Below are positions 1 through 9,955 of a stretch of 58,693 nucleotides of DNA, in pieces. A program made the position numbers and the translations under genes. The stretch is from the NCBI GenBank assembly GCA_038139415.1, contig JAYOSV010000001.1:35743-94435 (forward strand), read 5' to 3'. The number at the start of each line of letters is the position of its first letter. The first letter of the stretch is position 1. The notes under the pieces were generated by a model that saw only the letters and a list, made by a program, of their open reading frames with translations, had not been told where the DNA came from and did no database searches. This DNA comes from Verrucomicrobiales bacterium (GTDB taxonomy: Bacteria; Verrucomicrobiota; Verrucomicrobiia; Limisphaerales; UBA1100).

Positions 1-141
1 TGTTTAAATGCCTCTAACATTGGAATCAATACCGCCAAACTCTAAGAACCTAAATAAACTAGGAAGTAACTAACCTTCACCGTGAAACTTCCCGAGTGTG
101 TTGGTCTTTTCAGTTGGGAATGTTATGTTTACCCTAAACAG

Positions 142-516
142 ATGTCAGGACCTAGTAATGTTTTGGGTGAGAAGTTGGAATTGTGCTGTTCTGATCCGAT
201 GACCGGTTTTTACCGAAATGGAATGTGTGCTACAGGCCCCGATGATCATGGCTTACACACGGTCTGCGTCAGGGTGACAGCTGTGTTTCTAGAATTTTCC
301 AGATCGAGAGGAAATGACCTTTCAACACCCGCCCCGCGCTTTGATTTCCCGGGGTTGGTAGAGGGCGACAAATGGTGCCTATGCGTCACCCGCTGGAAAG
401 AGGCATTGGATCACGGAGTGGCGCCGCAGGTTTATCTAAAAGCTACTCATCTCAGTGCCCTTGAGTACGTAGATTTGGAGGATTTACAATCTCATGCCGC
501 AGAAGATGAGTCTTAG
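142..516 (+). CDS. DUF2237 family protein
   Basis: NVLGEKLELCCSDPMTGFYRNGMC...HTVC...GNDLSTP...FPGLVEGDKWCLC..RW match DUF2237; ATG at 142 preferred over the track's GTG at 82. Confidence 0.9.
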   Translation: MSGPSNVLGEKLELCCSDPMTGFYRNGMCATGPDDHGLHTVCVRVTAVFLEFSRSRGNDLSTPAPRFDFPGLVEGDKWCLCVTRWKEALDHGVAPQVYLKATHLSALEYVDLEDLQSHAAEDES

Positions 517-1247
517 AGCCAAAACTGCCTCACTGTAGCTTCATGATAATTGCTCGCTAGGGAAGAGGCGAATTGGGTGCGTGGAATGTCATGATTCAGC
601 AAATCCACACACTGGTTTGGTGAATGGAATGCGGATTGTGTTACCTCTATGGAGAATATAGGACCATTGAGGGGCAATTTTGTACTCACTTAAATTTTGA
701 GGGAGTGTGTCGATGGATGTTCATCCGTGGAGTTGACTAATAGCAAAGCACCCAGAGAATTCGGATTAGCAAAGGTGAGGGTGTGATTACCCGCTGGAGG
801 ATGAGGAATATTTGTACATCTAACAGTCAGGCTAAATTTTAGGGTCTATCAGACGTCCGGTGATTTTTTTTGCCATATTCAATCCACATACAGGTCCAAA
901 GCTTATGCCAAGCCTCAGAAGCATAGAGTTTTTGGGACTCGGCTCGGACTCTGCGCTTAAGTTGTTGATGTGATTCATTTGCCACTCTTTTCACCTGAAA
1001 GGTCATTTTTCAACTTATCACATTATTACCCAAGCCACTAACCAGCGGTTTTTACATCAGTAAATCATCTAAAACAAAAAGCCTTCCCGAAATGCACTCC
1101 GTGAGGACTTTCCCCGCTAGTTTCATGACTTGCTAACAGTTGATAGTCTTAACGCATTTGTTTGTTCTCACATTCAATTCTAAACGCCAAAAAACTACAT
1201 CTAATATCGTTAGTGTTTCGGTAAGATGAAAACGCTTTCGCCCAAAA

Positions 1248-1388
1248 ATGATCAGTAAAATAGCTTATGAGCTTGCTCATGATTATCATGAAATTGTTTC
1301 GTTTCCCCAAACTGGGATTTCATGGTTGTTTAAATCAACGAAAGGGTCTGCCTATGTAAAAACTCATAATTGGTCTAATGAATCATAA
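1248..1388 (+). CDS. candidate small protein (46 aa, MISKIAYELAHDYHEIVSFPQTGISWLFKSTKGSAYVKTHNWSNES)
   Basis: ATG 1248 to TAA 1388, below the track cut-off; ends 11 nt before a + strand terminator; no homology recognised. Confidence 0.3.
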   Translation: MISKIAYELAHDYHEIVSFPQTGISWLFKSTKGSAYVKTHNWSNES

Positions 1389-1399
1389 GGTGATATAGG

Positions 1400-1428
1400 A
1401 GCCTTCCCGGTAACGGGGAGGCTTTTTT
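1400..1428 (+). terminator. intrinsic (Rho-independent) terminator
   Basis: AGCCTTCCCG-GTAA-CGGGGAGGCT stem (one G-U, GNRA loop) followed by a T run. Confidence 0.8.
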
Positions 1429-1535
1429 GACGCTTGCTCAGAAATGTGTGACTGAATCACCAATCGAGAGAGGTTGACCTCGCCTGAATTCATAGTTACC
1501 CAGAGCGAAGACTACCGGCAAGGTTTTGATCTGGG

Positions 1536-2243
1536 CTAACGCTGCTGCGCTTTGAGCCACTTGGCGTCGTGGGTTTGCAGGAGGGCGAGCAGGAGCGACT
1601 GGCACTCCTTGGCGGAGCCATCCAGATTGCGCCGAACCCAAAAGCCTAGGGCGACATTGCCCTCATACCAATCGCCCCACTTTTCCATACGATCGGCTTC
1701 CGGGCGGAAGAAATCCTGCAACCACATGCCGGCTTTGCCTTTCGAGGCCAATTGATCGAGATAACCTTCACGGGCCTTGGTGGCGCGTTGGGGGTTGGCT
1801 TGGAGGGTTTGATGGGCCCAGAAATAATTACGGGCCAGTTGCCTTAAGTGTTGATCATAAACCGGCTGAAGCTCCTTTCGCAATTGGGCATTGTGCTGTC
1901 CGGGAATACCCTGTTGCGTGGCCCATTTCAGAAAAGCCGGGTTGTAATGGCCGAAATCCTCCCTAGCATTGAGATGGAGTTGGCCGTTTTGATGTGGGCC
2001 AAGGCGAAAGATTTTATGGCCAGAAAGTTTTTCCAATTGCGCCAGGTTCAACGCGAACTGCGCCTTGGCATAGAGCCCACGGACACCGCGATTGGGCAGC
2101 CACGTATCCAGCTTTCGGTAGGCCTCCATGGGGGTGCTCTTGGCCAAAGCGGGCAATTGCCGCCACAACGCCAACACTTCCTTGGGCGACCCTTCGGCCG
2201 CTTGGAGCATCATTGGGAGAAGAACAAGCCAGATGCAACGCAT
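1536..2243 (-). CDS. exported hypothetical protein (235 aa)
   Basis: ATG at 2243 gives signal-peptide-like MRCIWLVLLPMMLQAA-EG; the longer track start overlaps sprT. Confidence 0.7.
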   Translation of the reverse strand: MRCIWLVLLPMMLQAAEGSPKEVLALWRQLPALAKSTPMEAYRKLDTWLPNRGVRGLYAKAQFALNLAQLEKLSGHKIFRLGPHQNGQLHLNAREDFGHYNPAFLKWATQQGIPGQHNAQLRKELQPVYDQHLRQLARNYFWAHQTLQANPQRATKAREGYLDQLASKGKAGMWLQDFFRPEADRMEKWGDWYEGNVALGFWVRRNLDGSAKECQSLLLALLQTHDAKWLKAQQR

Positions 2244-2287
2244 GGCGCAACGTGGCAGAACCTTGGCCTTAAACACAGGGAGAGTTA

Positions 2288-2316
2288 TTGACGCTCTGAG
2301 CGGGGTGCGATTTTCT
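2288..2316 (+). promoter_or_regulatory. sigma70-like promoter for sprT (short or absent leader)
   Basis: TTGACG-N17-TTTTCT, 9 nt before GTG 2326. Confidence 0.45.
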
Positions 2317-2325
2317 AGCCCGGCT

Positions 2326-2823
2326 GTGGATTCAAAAATTGAACATCGTGTGCAACGGAAGCTGGATGCCTTGTGCAGGGTGGTGCAGGAGCGGTTTGGG
2401 GTGGTGATGCGGCCTGAGGTGGCTTGGGATTTGCGCGGGCAGGCGGCGGGGCAGGCAAACGGGCGACGGAACTTGGTCCGTTTCAACCGGGGATTGGCCG
2501 AGCGTTATCCGGAGGAGTTTGTGGCGCAAACGGTGCCGCATGAGCTGGCGCATTTAGTGGCATTTAAAAAATTTGGCGGACGCATTCGACCGCACGGCCG
2601 CGAGTGGCGGGCGGTGATGATAGCCCTAGGCGCGGAGCCACGCCGGACCCATCGCTACAAAGTAACGCCGGCCCGGAAATTGAAGCGTTATGCCTACCAA
2701 TGTCATTGCCCGGACGTGGAGTATCCGCTCACGGCCATTCGGCACAACCGCATTCAGCGGGGGCATGTGTATGTTTGCAAACGCTGCCTCCAACCGTTGG
2801 AGCCGAAGGCGGCGGCTCATTGA
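2326..2823 (+). CDS. sprT: SprT family zinc-dependent metalloprotease
   Basis: LRGQAAGQA, TVPHELAHL (HExxH), PHGREW, C-terminal CHC...CKRC zinc ribbon; GTG start inferred. Confidence 0.88.
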   Translation: MDSKIEHRVQRKLDALCRVVQERFGVVMRPEVAWDLRGQAAGQANGRRNLVRFNRGLAERYPEEFVAQTVPHELAHLVAFKKFGGRIRPHGREWRAVMIALGAEPRRTHRYKVTPARKLKRYAYQCHCPDVEYPLTAIRHNRIQRGHVYVCKRCLQPLEPKAAAH

Positions 2824-5747
2824 TCCTCGGAGCCGCGGCGGTCTTGGGCGCGTTTGCGGGCGGCGGAAAGAGCATCGAAGGTGTTGCCGGTGTCGGAGAG
2901 ATTGGGCGGGATCACTGGCGGTTGAGTACTGTCTTCCTCCAGCATGGGCGGTGCGACCACGGGTGGGGTGTTGGATTCCTGGTCGGACCGTCGACGTTTG
3001 TGTTTGGGAGCGCGAAAGGTCTTGGGCTCGTCGGTTGTGGTGCTGGCTGTGTCGGATTGGGTGACGGCAGCACGCGGGCGCAGGGTGGATCGGCCGTCGC
3101 TGGTTTCTTCTGAAGACGTCGCGACGCGGCGGCGAAATTCAAAAAAGCCCGTGCGGCGTTGGAACACTTCGAGCAGGAACAGGATCAAGCCGGCCAACAC
3201 GAGCCACAGGGAAAGGGGAACGTATCGCGGTTGACGGGGAATGGATGTCCAGATATCCGCCAGATTCAGGCGTTCTCGGCCGCCGGTGGTTTTGCTGAGG
3301 GCCGCGAGCGCTTTGCGTCCGCGGTCGGGTTGGTCCGGTGCAAACTCCGGCGAATACGGCAGGCACACCGGCGGTAGACTTTGGCTGAGCGGCACGCCGG
3401 TTTGCGAGGTGAGGCTGGCCACGGCCCGTACGGTTTCCTCGCCTTCCAGAGGAATGGCGGCTTCGAGCAGGTCCGCGGTTTTCCAATTAAGCGTGCGCGC
3501 CTCTTTGCGGAGAGGTTGGCCGAAGGTTTCGCGCAGGAGCTTGAGGCGCGGGGCTTGTTTAAACACTTCGCCCTGACGAGCGGGGTCCAGATGAAGTTGC
3601 ACATAGCAAATGCCTTCGCGGATATCCTGAGTGAGCAGCATGCGGTCGGGTAAATGGCTTTGCTGGCCGGCTGCCCAGCCGGAGAGCGTGGCGTAGAAAT
3701 CCCCGGCTTGCGGCCATTGCGCAAATTCACCGGCGTAGGTGCCATCGGCTTCGCCGGTGTAACAGGCCACACGCCCGTTGCCTGCCTGCCAAAAGGCCAC
3801 GATCGGCGCGCGGTATTCATCACGCGTGAGCAGGCCCACACTGGCGGCATCGCGCAGGTAGGTGAGATTGTAGCCGCCAACCGGTGGCGGTTGCCACGAG
3901 GCGGGGGCGCCCAGGGTGCTGAGCGCGCCGGCCAGTTCGAGGGCGGCGGGTTCCTTGATGAAGGTGTTGCGCGCTACAGCAAAGGTGTCCTGCGCGAAGA
4001 TGCGGGGGATCTCCTTGGGGCGATCGGTGAAATAGATGTTGCCCTCACCGCGCTTGGCGATGTCTTCCAACAGTTTGGCATCCACATCGCTGGGCGTGCC
4101 GAGGCCAATGACACTGATAGAGATGCCAGCTTTGCGCATGGTGTCGATGAGGCGTTTGTAATCGCCGGGTTCCTCGGAATCCTGCGCATCGGAAAACAGG
4201 ATGATATGCCGGTTGGCCGCCGAGGCTTTCATCAACATTTGCGAGGCGGCCTTCAGTGCCTCGTACACGTAGATGCCGCCGCCCATGGATTCGATCTTGA
4301 GAATTTTATTTCGGAAGAGGGCGTTTTGCTGGTGCTCGGCCGAGGCAAGATCCAGCACCGTGTGCGGGGCGCTATCCACGGCGATCACGCCGAATTCATC
4401 GGTGGCGGACAATAAATCGAGCACCTGGACGGTGCCGATGTTGGCGAGGTCCATTTTCGTTTTACCACCGGCCACCTGCATGCTCATGGAGCCGGAACGA
4501 TCCAGCACCACCACAATGGCTGTCTGCAGCTTGCGAATTTCATTACGGCGCTCCATGGAAACGGGCAGGAGGTTTTCCATAGGCGAACCGTAGTAGCCGC
4601 CCGGGGCATAGGATTTTTCGCCGCCGGTTACCATGAGCCCTGCGCCGGTGTCTTCCACCCAGGCGGCCAGAGTTTCCATGCCGTCCTGACCGATCTCGCC
4701 GGCCATCACATTTTCCAGCACTACCGCGGACCAGCGGGATAAATCGGCCAATGTCCATGGGCACTGATGCGGCTTGCGCGCGACGAGCGTCATGCCGCCT
4801 TTCACCATCAATTGCGCCAGACCGGATTCAGCGCCGAAGTGGGATACTAATAAAAGCGGTTTGCGCCCGCGGACTTCCACCAGTGCGCGGGCGGTATTGT
4901 TTTCCGGGAACGCATCACCAAGAGCAGTGAGGGTAGAAGTGGCGTTGGCATCAGCGCCAGGCGGGCGTAGGGTGAGGCGGTAGGCGGCGTTACCGGACAG
5001 TTTGGCGCGATCACGAAAGAGCAGGCGCGAAAGGCCGCGCGGCACGGCGCGTTCGCCGGCGGATAATTCCTCGCCGTGTTTGGTGAGGGTGTAGCCGATC
5101 ACTTGTTCGCGTGGCGAATGAATCCAGCCGCTGATCATAAAGGCCTGACCGGGCAACACCTGGGCGGGCACCTGCAGATCACGCACAGCAAGGTCCTCAG
5201 CGCGTGGTCGGCTGAGCCAGCGATGATCAATACCAATGCCGCGGCCGGCGGCGCGCGCGGTCACAGCGTTGGGATCGCGGCCGGTCCAATGGCCATCGGA
5301 TACCACCAGAATTCGGCCGGGATGCGTCGGCGGGATGAGGGACAAGGCGGCCTCCAAGCCATCGGCTAGTCGGGAATGTTGCTGGTCGGCGGGGGATTGA
5401 AGGGTTTCTGTGGCTTGATCGCTCGGTTCCTGTTCGATAATGGTGCGGTCGCCAAAGCTCACCACGGCCAATCGGTCTTCGGAGCTCATTTCGCCATGGA
5501 GCGATTTCAGGACTTCCAACTGACCATCGGCGGCCTTGGGGGGCATGGATTCGCTGCGATCGATCAGGACCACCACCGTGCCCTGTTGATCCTTCAACTT
5601 CATGGCCGGCTGGGCCATGGCCAGGACCAAGAGGAGGATGATAATAAACCGCACGAGGTTAAGGCCGCGCGTGGGTAGTCGCCACAGGTACATTGCGGCA
5701 GCCAGAGGTAGCAGGAGCAACAGCCAAATGGGCGAGAAGAAAATCAT
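2817..5747 (-). CDS. large membrane-anchored double-VWA protein with glutamine-amidotransferase-like domain
   Basis: N-terminal TM pair; two MIDAS motifs (DRSESM, DRSGSM); GLMVTGGEKSYAPGGY; C-terminal TM; ATGA overlap with upstream gene at 5744-5747. Confidence 0.85.
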   Translation of the reverse strand: MIFFSPIWLLLLLPLAAAMYLWRLPTRGLNLVRFIIILLLVLAMAQPAMKLKDQQGTVVVLIDRSESMPPKAADGQLEVLKSLHGEMSSEDRLAVVSFGDRTIIEQEPSDQATETLQSPADQQHSRLADGLEAALSLIPPTHPGRILVVSDGHWTGRDPNAVTARAAGRGIGIDHRWLSRPRAEDLAVRDLQVPAQVLPGQAFMISGWIHSPREQVIGYTLTKHGEELSAGERAVPRGLSRLLFRDRAKLSGNAAYRLTLRPPGADANATSTLTALGDAFPENNTARALVEVRGRKPLLLVSHFGAESGLAQLMVKGGMTLVARKPHQCPWTLADLSRWSAVVLENVMAGEIGQDGMETLAAWVEDTGAGLMVTGGEKSYAPGGYYGSPMENLLPVSMERRNEIRKLQTAIVVVLDRSGSMSMQVAGGKTKMDLANIGTVQVLDLLSATDEFGVIAVDSAPHTVLDLASAEHQQNALFRNKILKIESMGGGIYVYEALKAASQMLMKASAANRHIILFSDAQDSEEPGDYKRLIDTMRKAGISISVIGLGTPSDVDAKLLEDIAKRGEGNIYFTDRPKEIPRIFAQDTFAVARNTFIKEPAALELAGALSTLGAPASWQPPPVGGYNLTYLRDAASVGLLTRDEYRAPIVAFWQAGNGRVACYTGEADGTYAGEFAQWPQAGDFYATLSGWAAGQQSHLPDRMLLTQDIREGICYVQLHLDPARQGEVFKQAPRLKLLRETFGQPLRKEARTLNWKTADLLEAAIPLEGEETVRAVASLTSQTGVPLSQSLPPVCLPYSPEFAPDQPDRGRKALAALSKTTGGRERLNLADIWTSIPRQPRYVPLSLWLVLAGLILFLLEVFQRRTGFFEFRRRVATSSEETSDGRSTLRPRAAVTQSDTASTTTDEPKTFRAPKHKRRRSDQESNTPPVVAPPMLEEDSTQPPVIPPNLSDTGNTFDALSAARKRAQDRRGSEDQ

Positions 5748-7510
5748 ACGCGTCCTCCCTGGCGGGCAATGCAAGCTAAGTGCCAAACCATGATCGCCAG
5801 CGCGAGCAGGACGAGGTAGGGCAGGATACTGGCGTACTCCAGGCGGATTTCATTTTCCGTGCCCCATTTTCCCCAGTCGCCGGAAACGGCCTGGGCGAGA
5901 TTGGATTCCTCGCCGGCCAGGAAATTAACGGCAAATGTTTCGCTAATACGATTGGTGCCCGAGCCGGAGTGCGCCTCGTACACGCCGGGCAGGTTTACGG
6001 GCAGGCGGATTTCGGTGCCGGGAGCCTGGAGCGTTTGTTGTGTACCATCCGGTTTCTGAATGACCACCTCGTCATTGGCAGGGCGGTAGGTGATGTCGGT
6101 ACCCAATCGGTGATTGGCCTCGCGTAAACCGGGTTTAGCTTGTGCCCGCCAATCGAGCAGATTCCAAAACAAAGCCGGCCAATGTTGCGTGGTGTGGAGC
6201 GTGGAATGATTGGGAACATAGCGCAGCGTAAGTTGCTGGCGGCCATCGAGCTCCGGGCGGTGCGTTAGCAGGGGAACATTGCCCGCGGTGATCACGGGGC
6301 GATAACCGGGCGCGTTGGTGGCACCGGGATGTCCGCCCCACACAATGCCCGGCAGGGAAAGTCCGCGCGTGACCGGGTGATTGGCATCCATTACAAAGGG
6401 GCCGGTAAACCTTTCGGGTTTCTCCGGGGCCGGAACCCAGCGCAGGCCCCAGGCTTCCTTGCCGGCGGGCACGGAGTCTGACTGATGTACCACCAGCTCC
6501 GGTGGATCTTCATCGAGAGCGCGCAAGCCGGTGGCGGCCAGGCTGTCGGCCACCAATCCGTGCAGTTCTTCATCTTCAATTGCAATCCGCACCCGCACGC
6601 GCGGCCGGGCGGCGGGCACAAGGTGCACTTCATTATCGCCGGCAAGGGCATCGGGCCCGAGCGTGGCCTGTAATTTGGGTGTATGCGCGGCAATTGGAAA
6701 CGTCAGCCGATGTGTCTTGTTCGTGGCCAACGTGAGCGTTTCCTGGTGAAACACATTGGTGCCGGCGACTACACGTAGGGTGTTGGTGCCGGTGAGGGCG
6801 GAAGGATTGGCGATCTCCAGCAACACGCGATCTTCGGCTCCGTGCACAGACCGGGCGGCATTGATGAAGGCAAAATTAATGCGGGGCTGGCCGAGGGCGA
6901 TCCAGCGTAAATGCCCTTGGCCGGGCGAGCGAGCGGGGGCTTCATCGGTGAGTACCAGCAGATCGGCCTCCTGATGCCCCATGGCGCGGGCCAGACCGAG
7001 GGCGGCATTAAGGCGGGTTTGAGGGGCCTGACAGGTCCATTGCTCAAACTGATCCTCCAGCTCGCGTAAGTGCCGGGCTTTATCGCCCAGCAGGCGCGGC
7101 GTAGTGCCGGCGGCGATCAATTGAAACGACCGAAAGCGGCGTTCCTTGGTGAGTTCCTCGAGCTTCTCAATCGCCCGATCACGTGGGCGTTCGCCTTCCG
7201 GGCCTGCGAGCATGGATTGGGAATCATCCAGCACCACGATCAACGGCCGCGTCGTGTGGGGCACCTGCCAGCGCGGCCCGGTGGCGGCCAGCACGAGCAG
7301 GGCGAGAATCATTAGCTCGAGAAAGAACACCATGGGCCATTGGGGTTTCTCCACACGCCGGCCGCCTTCGCGCGATTCCCGGTGCAATTGCCAGAGCAAC
7401 AGGCTGGAAACCTGTTGGCGCCGGAAGCGGTGGCGTAGAAAATAGATGGCCACCAGCGCCGGCAAGGTGAGAGCCGCGAACCATGCTAGGGGATAGGTGA
7501 AGGCGGGCAT
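5744..7510 (-). CDS. BatA-like N-terminal domain / VWA domain protein
   Basis: F-x-x-P...IYFL..R...VSSLLLW BatA-type N-terminus, MIDAS DDSQSM, C-terminal TM; TAATG overlap at 7510. Confidence 0.85.
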   Translation of the reverse strand: MPAFTYPLAWFAALTLPALVAIYFLRHRFRRQQVSSLLLWQLHRESREGGRRVEKPQWPMVFFLELMILALLVLAATGPRWQVPHTTRPLIVVLDDSQSMLAGPEGERPRDRAIEKLEELTKERRFRSFQLIAAGTTPRLLGDKARHLRELEDQFEQWTCQAPQTRLNAALGLARAMGHQEADLLVLTDEAPARSPGQGHLRWIALGQPRINFAFINAARSVHGAEDRVLLEIANPSALTGTNTLRVVAGTNVFHQETLTLATNKTHRLTFPIAAHTPKLQATLGPDALAGDNEVHLVPAARPRVRVRIAIEDEELHGLVADSLAATGLRALDEDPPELVVHQSDSVPAGKEAWGLRWVPAPEKPERFTGPFVMDANHPVTRGLSLPGIVWGGHPGATNAPGYRPVITAGNVPLLTHRPELDGRQQLTLRYVPNHSTLHTTQHWPALFWNLLDWRAQAKPGLREANHRLGTDITYRPANDEVVIQKPDGTQQTLQAPGTEIRLPVNLPGVYEAHSGSGTNRISETFAVNFLAGEESNLAQAVSGDWGKWGTENEIRLEYASILPYLVLLALAIMVWHLACIARQGGRV

Positions 7511-8370
7511 TAGGCGGGCTCCAGAGTGCGGCATTCCTCAAGGCTGCGCAGAGAGCCTTGGAGGTTGTCGGCAATGAGGGTGACGAGTTCGGCTCCGGTT
7601 TGTTGGGCGGCGTGATCCCAGCTTTGTTGCAGACGTTGAAGTGTTTTGCGGTATTGCTCCTGAATGGTGGTGTCGATGTACAGGGACAAGGTCTCGCCTG
7701 TTTCGCTGTCTTCCAACTGCACGTTGCCGGGTTTGGGCGGTTCGAGGTCGGATGGCGCGAGCAATTGCACGAGGGTCACGGCGGCGGCGCCTTCGGTGAG
7801 CTTGCGCAGGGTGGGCAAGGGGTCGCCGGGCCAAAAGAGATCGCTAATGACAATACGGATTCCCTGCCGCCGTAGACGCGGAGGAAGCAAGCCATGCGCC
7901 TCCTCAAAGGAACGCGTGCCGCCTAGGGGCAGTTCGCCCCAGGCACTGGGCGGTTGGGTATCATTGGCTACGCGCTGAAATCCTTCGCCGGTGACCCACA
8001 CGGCGTGCGAGCAGCGGGCGTTGGCCGCGGCGGTGGTAAATAGGGCGGCCAATTGATGCAGAGCCTGGGCCTTGGGGGAATCGGCCAGCGCCATGGAAGC
8101 GGAGGTGTCGAGAATGAGATCCAGATGCGGCTGCACTTCCTCGCGGAAGAGTTTGACGGTGAGTTGATCGGTGCGAGCGTAGGCGTTCCAGTCGATATGG
8201 CGCAGGTCATCGCCCGGTTGGTAGTCGCGGTAATCCTGAAAATCCACGGAACTGCCTGCGCGTCTGCCAAGGTGTTCGCCGCGTTGGCCGGCGAGGGTGG
8301 CTTGAGGCAGGGCCAGCGCATACCGCAGGCCCATCTGCTCACCCGCGATCAAGGACTGGCGGTAATTCAT
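7510..8370 (-). CDS. DUF58 domain protein (MoxR-associated)
   Basis: GSSVDFQDYRDYQPGDDLRHIDWNAYAR and DTSASM motifs. Confidence 0.92.
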   Translation of the reverse strand: MNYRQSLIAGEQMGLRYALALPQATLAGQRGEHLGRRAGSSVDFQDYRDYQPGDDLRHIDWNAYARTDQLTVKLFREEVQPHLDLILDTSASMALADSPKAQALHQLAALFTTAAANARCSHAVWVTGEGFQRVANDTQPPSAWGELPLGGTRSFEEAHGLLPPRLRRQGIRIVISDLFWPGDPLPTLRKLTEGAAAVTLVQLLAPSDLEPPKPGNVQLEDSETGETLSLYIDTTIQEQYRKTLQRLQQSWDHAAQQTGAELVTLIADNLQGSLRSLEECRTLEPA

Positions 8371-9955
8371 TATTTGGTCCAGTGGATGGCGGGGGTGGCG
8401 GTAAGGGGGTGGTGGTTTCAGGTTTACGCTCGTAAGGGCGAAATTGGATAATCTGGGTTTTCAGCCATTTGAAATTCAGAGCCAGAGCCACCAAGATCAT
8501 GAATAGTGCCGATCCAAGATGAACCATTAAATGTAGATTGCGTTCATCATCATTGGAGTTGGCCATAACCATGCCGACATTAATGACCATGCCCGGGAGC
8601 ACCCAATCTTCATCGATCATCTGTTGCGTGAAAATAAAATAGAAAATCATCAAAAACAAAAAAGGTAAGATAATTAATAGTACCAAGAATAAGGTCGCCA
8701 ATTTTGGTGTGCGTTTAGGGAAAAAGGTTCGGTGTAGCCAGACCCCAAGTAAGGCATAGGCGAAAGCGTAAAGTGCATATAGTGAAGACCCGACGTAAAA
8801 GTTTAATATTTGGCTTTCGGCAAATAAAGTCCCCGTCTGATAGTTATCCCAGAGAACATTAAATCCAAATAGGCAAGTCATCGTGGCCAGCCATAGAATT
8901 AATAGCCACAAAAGGCAGGATAGTGTGCCGTTATAAAAGAAGAATGCGATGAAACGCCTGAACGGGTTTGCCGGTATAGTTCGCTTAACACGGATACTCA
9001 AGTCATCCCTCCCACCAATGCAGAAGAACATTCCCAAAATTGAAATAGCACCGATTCCCAGAACTATAGGAAGAACGAGTGCTTCCTCCTGCTCAAACCA
9101 GGACCACAATAAGAACTGGATAATCATTGCGGCGCTCATAAAAGTGACATGGCGGCGCAAGGGTAGGGAACGGTTGGCTGATGAGGGCGTGATAAAGGCA
9201 ACAGCTACTTGGTACAACAATCCCGCTAATATGAGAAAGTCCACCAGATAGGTAGCCACGAAGGGGATAAATTCCTCCCAAAAATTTGCCGATGATAATC
9301 CTCTGGTTATAACCGAACCGGTTACGGTTACTCCAACCATCCAGATGCTGGTGAAAATCGCATTACCTCCCACAAATAGTGCGGCGAGAATCTTCATCAC
9401 TGTATGAAGCGGTGCCAGGGCGATTACAATTGCCCCCATTGTGAGCAGCACGTTTAAGGTGAATGTAAGGGCAACCGCCAAGAGAATTGTGGGCAGATCG
9501 ATGCCGCGGAGTAGATAGCTGAATACCAGAAAGGGAACGGCAGCCGAATAGAACAACACGATTAGGTATACGCTGCTAAGCACTTTTCCCCATATGATTT
9601 TTTGGGGGGACATGATGGAGATGTACTGTAGATCAGCATTAATAGATATGCGTTCCATCATGGTTCGTACGCCGATGTAAATGGGGATGAAAATGTAGGC
9701 AGCAATTAGGGAGGTGAAGCCGATCGTACCAAAGATGGTGGGGCCCAAATAATTGGCAGCCCTATTTTGTGCCTCTCCAAAAATCACTGCCCCCAGTGAA
9801 ATGAGATAAAACACCAGTAGCATGAGCAATAATGTGCCGGTAACCGTCCAGCTGCGAGAGGCTTGGCGAAGGTCTTTTACCCAGACCGGATTCACATCGA
9901 ACTGGAGAAGTCGGGTCAAAAGTGCGGAGGAAGGACTTGAAGTGGATTCACTCAT
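8339..9955 (-). CDS. ABC-2-type permease-like multi-pass membrane protein
   Basis: NPVWVKDLRQ N-terminus, ER...LQYISIMSPQKIIWGK motif, many hydrophobic helices; ATGA-coupled to ABC ATPase. Confidence 0.75.
   Translation of the reverse strand: MSESTSSPSSALLTRLLQFDVNPVWVKDLRQASRSWTVTGTLLLMLLVFYLISLGAVIFGEAQNRAANYLGPTIFGTIGFTSLIAAYIFIPIYIGVRTMMERISINADLQYISIMSPQKIIWGKVLSSVYLIVLFYSAAVPFLVFSYLLRGIDLPTILLAVALTFTLNVLLTMGAIVIALAPLHTVMKILAALFVGGNAIFTSIWMVGVTVTGSVITRGLSSANFWEEFIPFVATYLVDFLILAGLLYQVAVAFITPSSANRSLPLRRHVTFMSAAMIIQFLLWSWFEQEEALVLPIVLGIGAISILGMFFCIGGRDDLSIRVKRTIPANPFRRFIAFFFYNGTLSCLLWLLILWLATMTCLFGFNVLWDNYQTGTLFAESQILNFYVGSSLYALYAFAYALLGVWLHRTFFPKRTPKLATLFLVLLIILPFLFLMIFYFIFTQQMIDEDWVLPGMVINVGMVMANSNDDERNLHLMVHLGSALFMILVALALNFKWLKTQIIQFRPYERKPETTTPLPPPPPSTGPNNELPPVLDRG

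Noticed and set aside
513..845. Minus-strand frame of about 110 codons with one internal TAA (possible pseudogene)
   Set aside because: No start context and no recognisable homology
895..911. Sigma54-like TTGGCATAAGCTTTGGA on minus strand
   Set aside because: The -12 element is GG rather than GC, and only a 14-codon ORF follows
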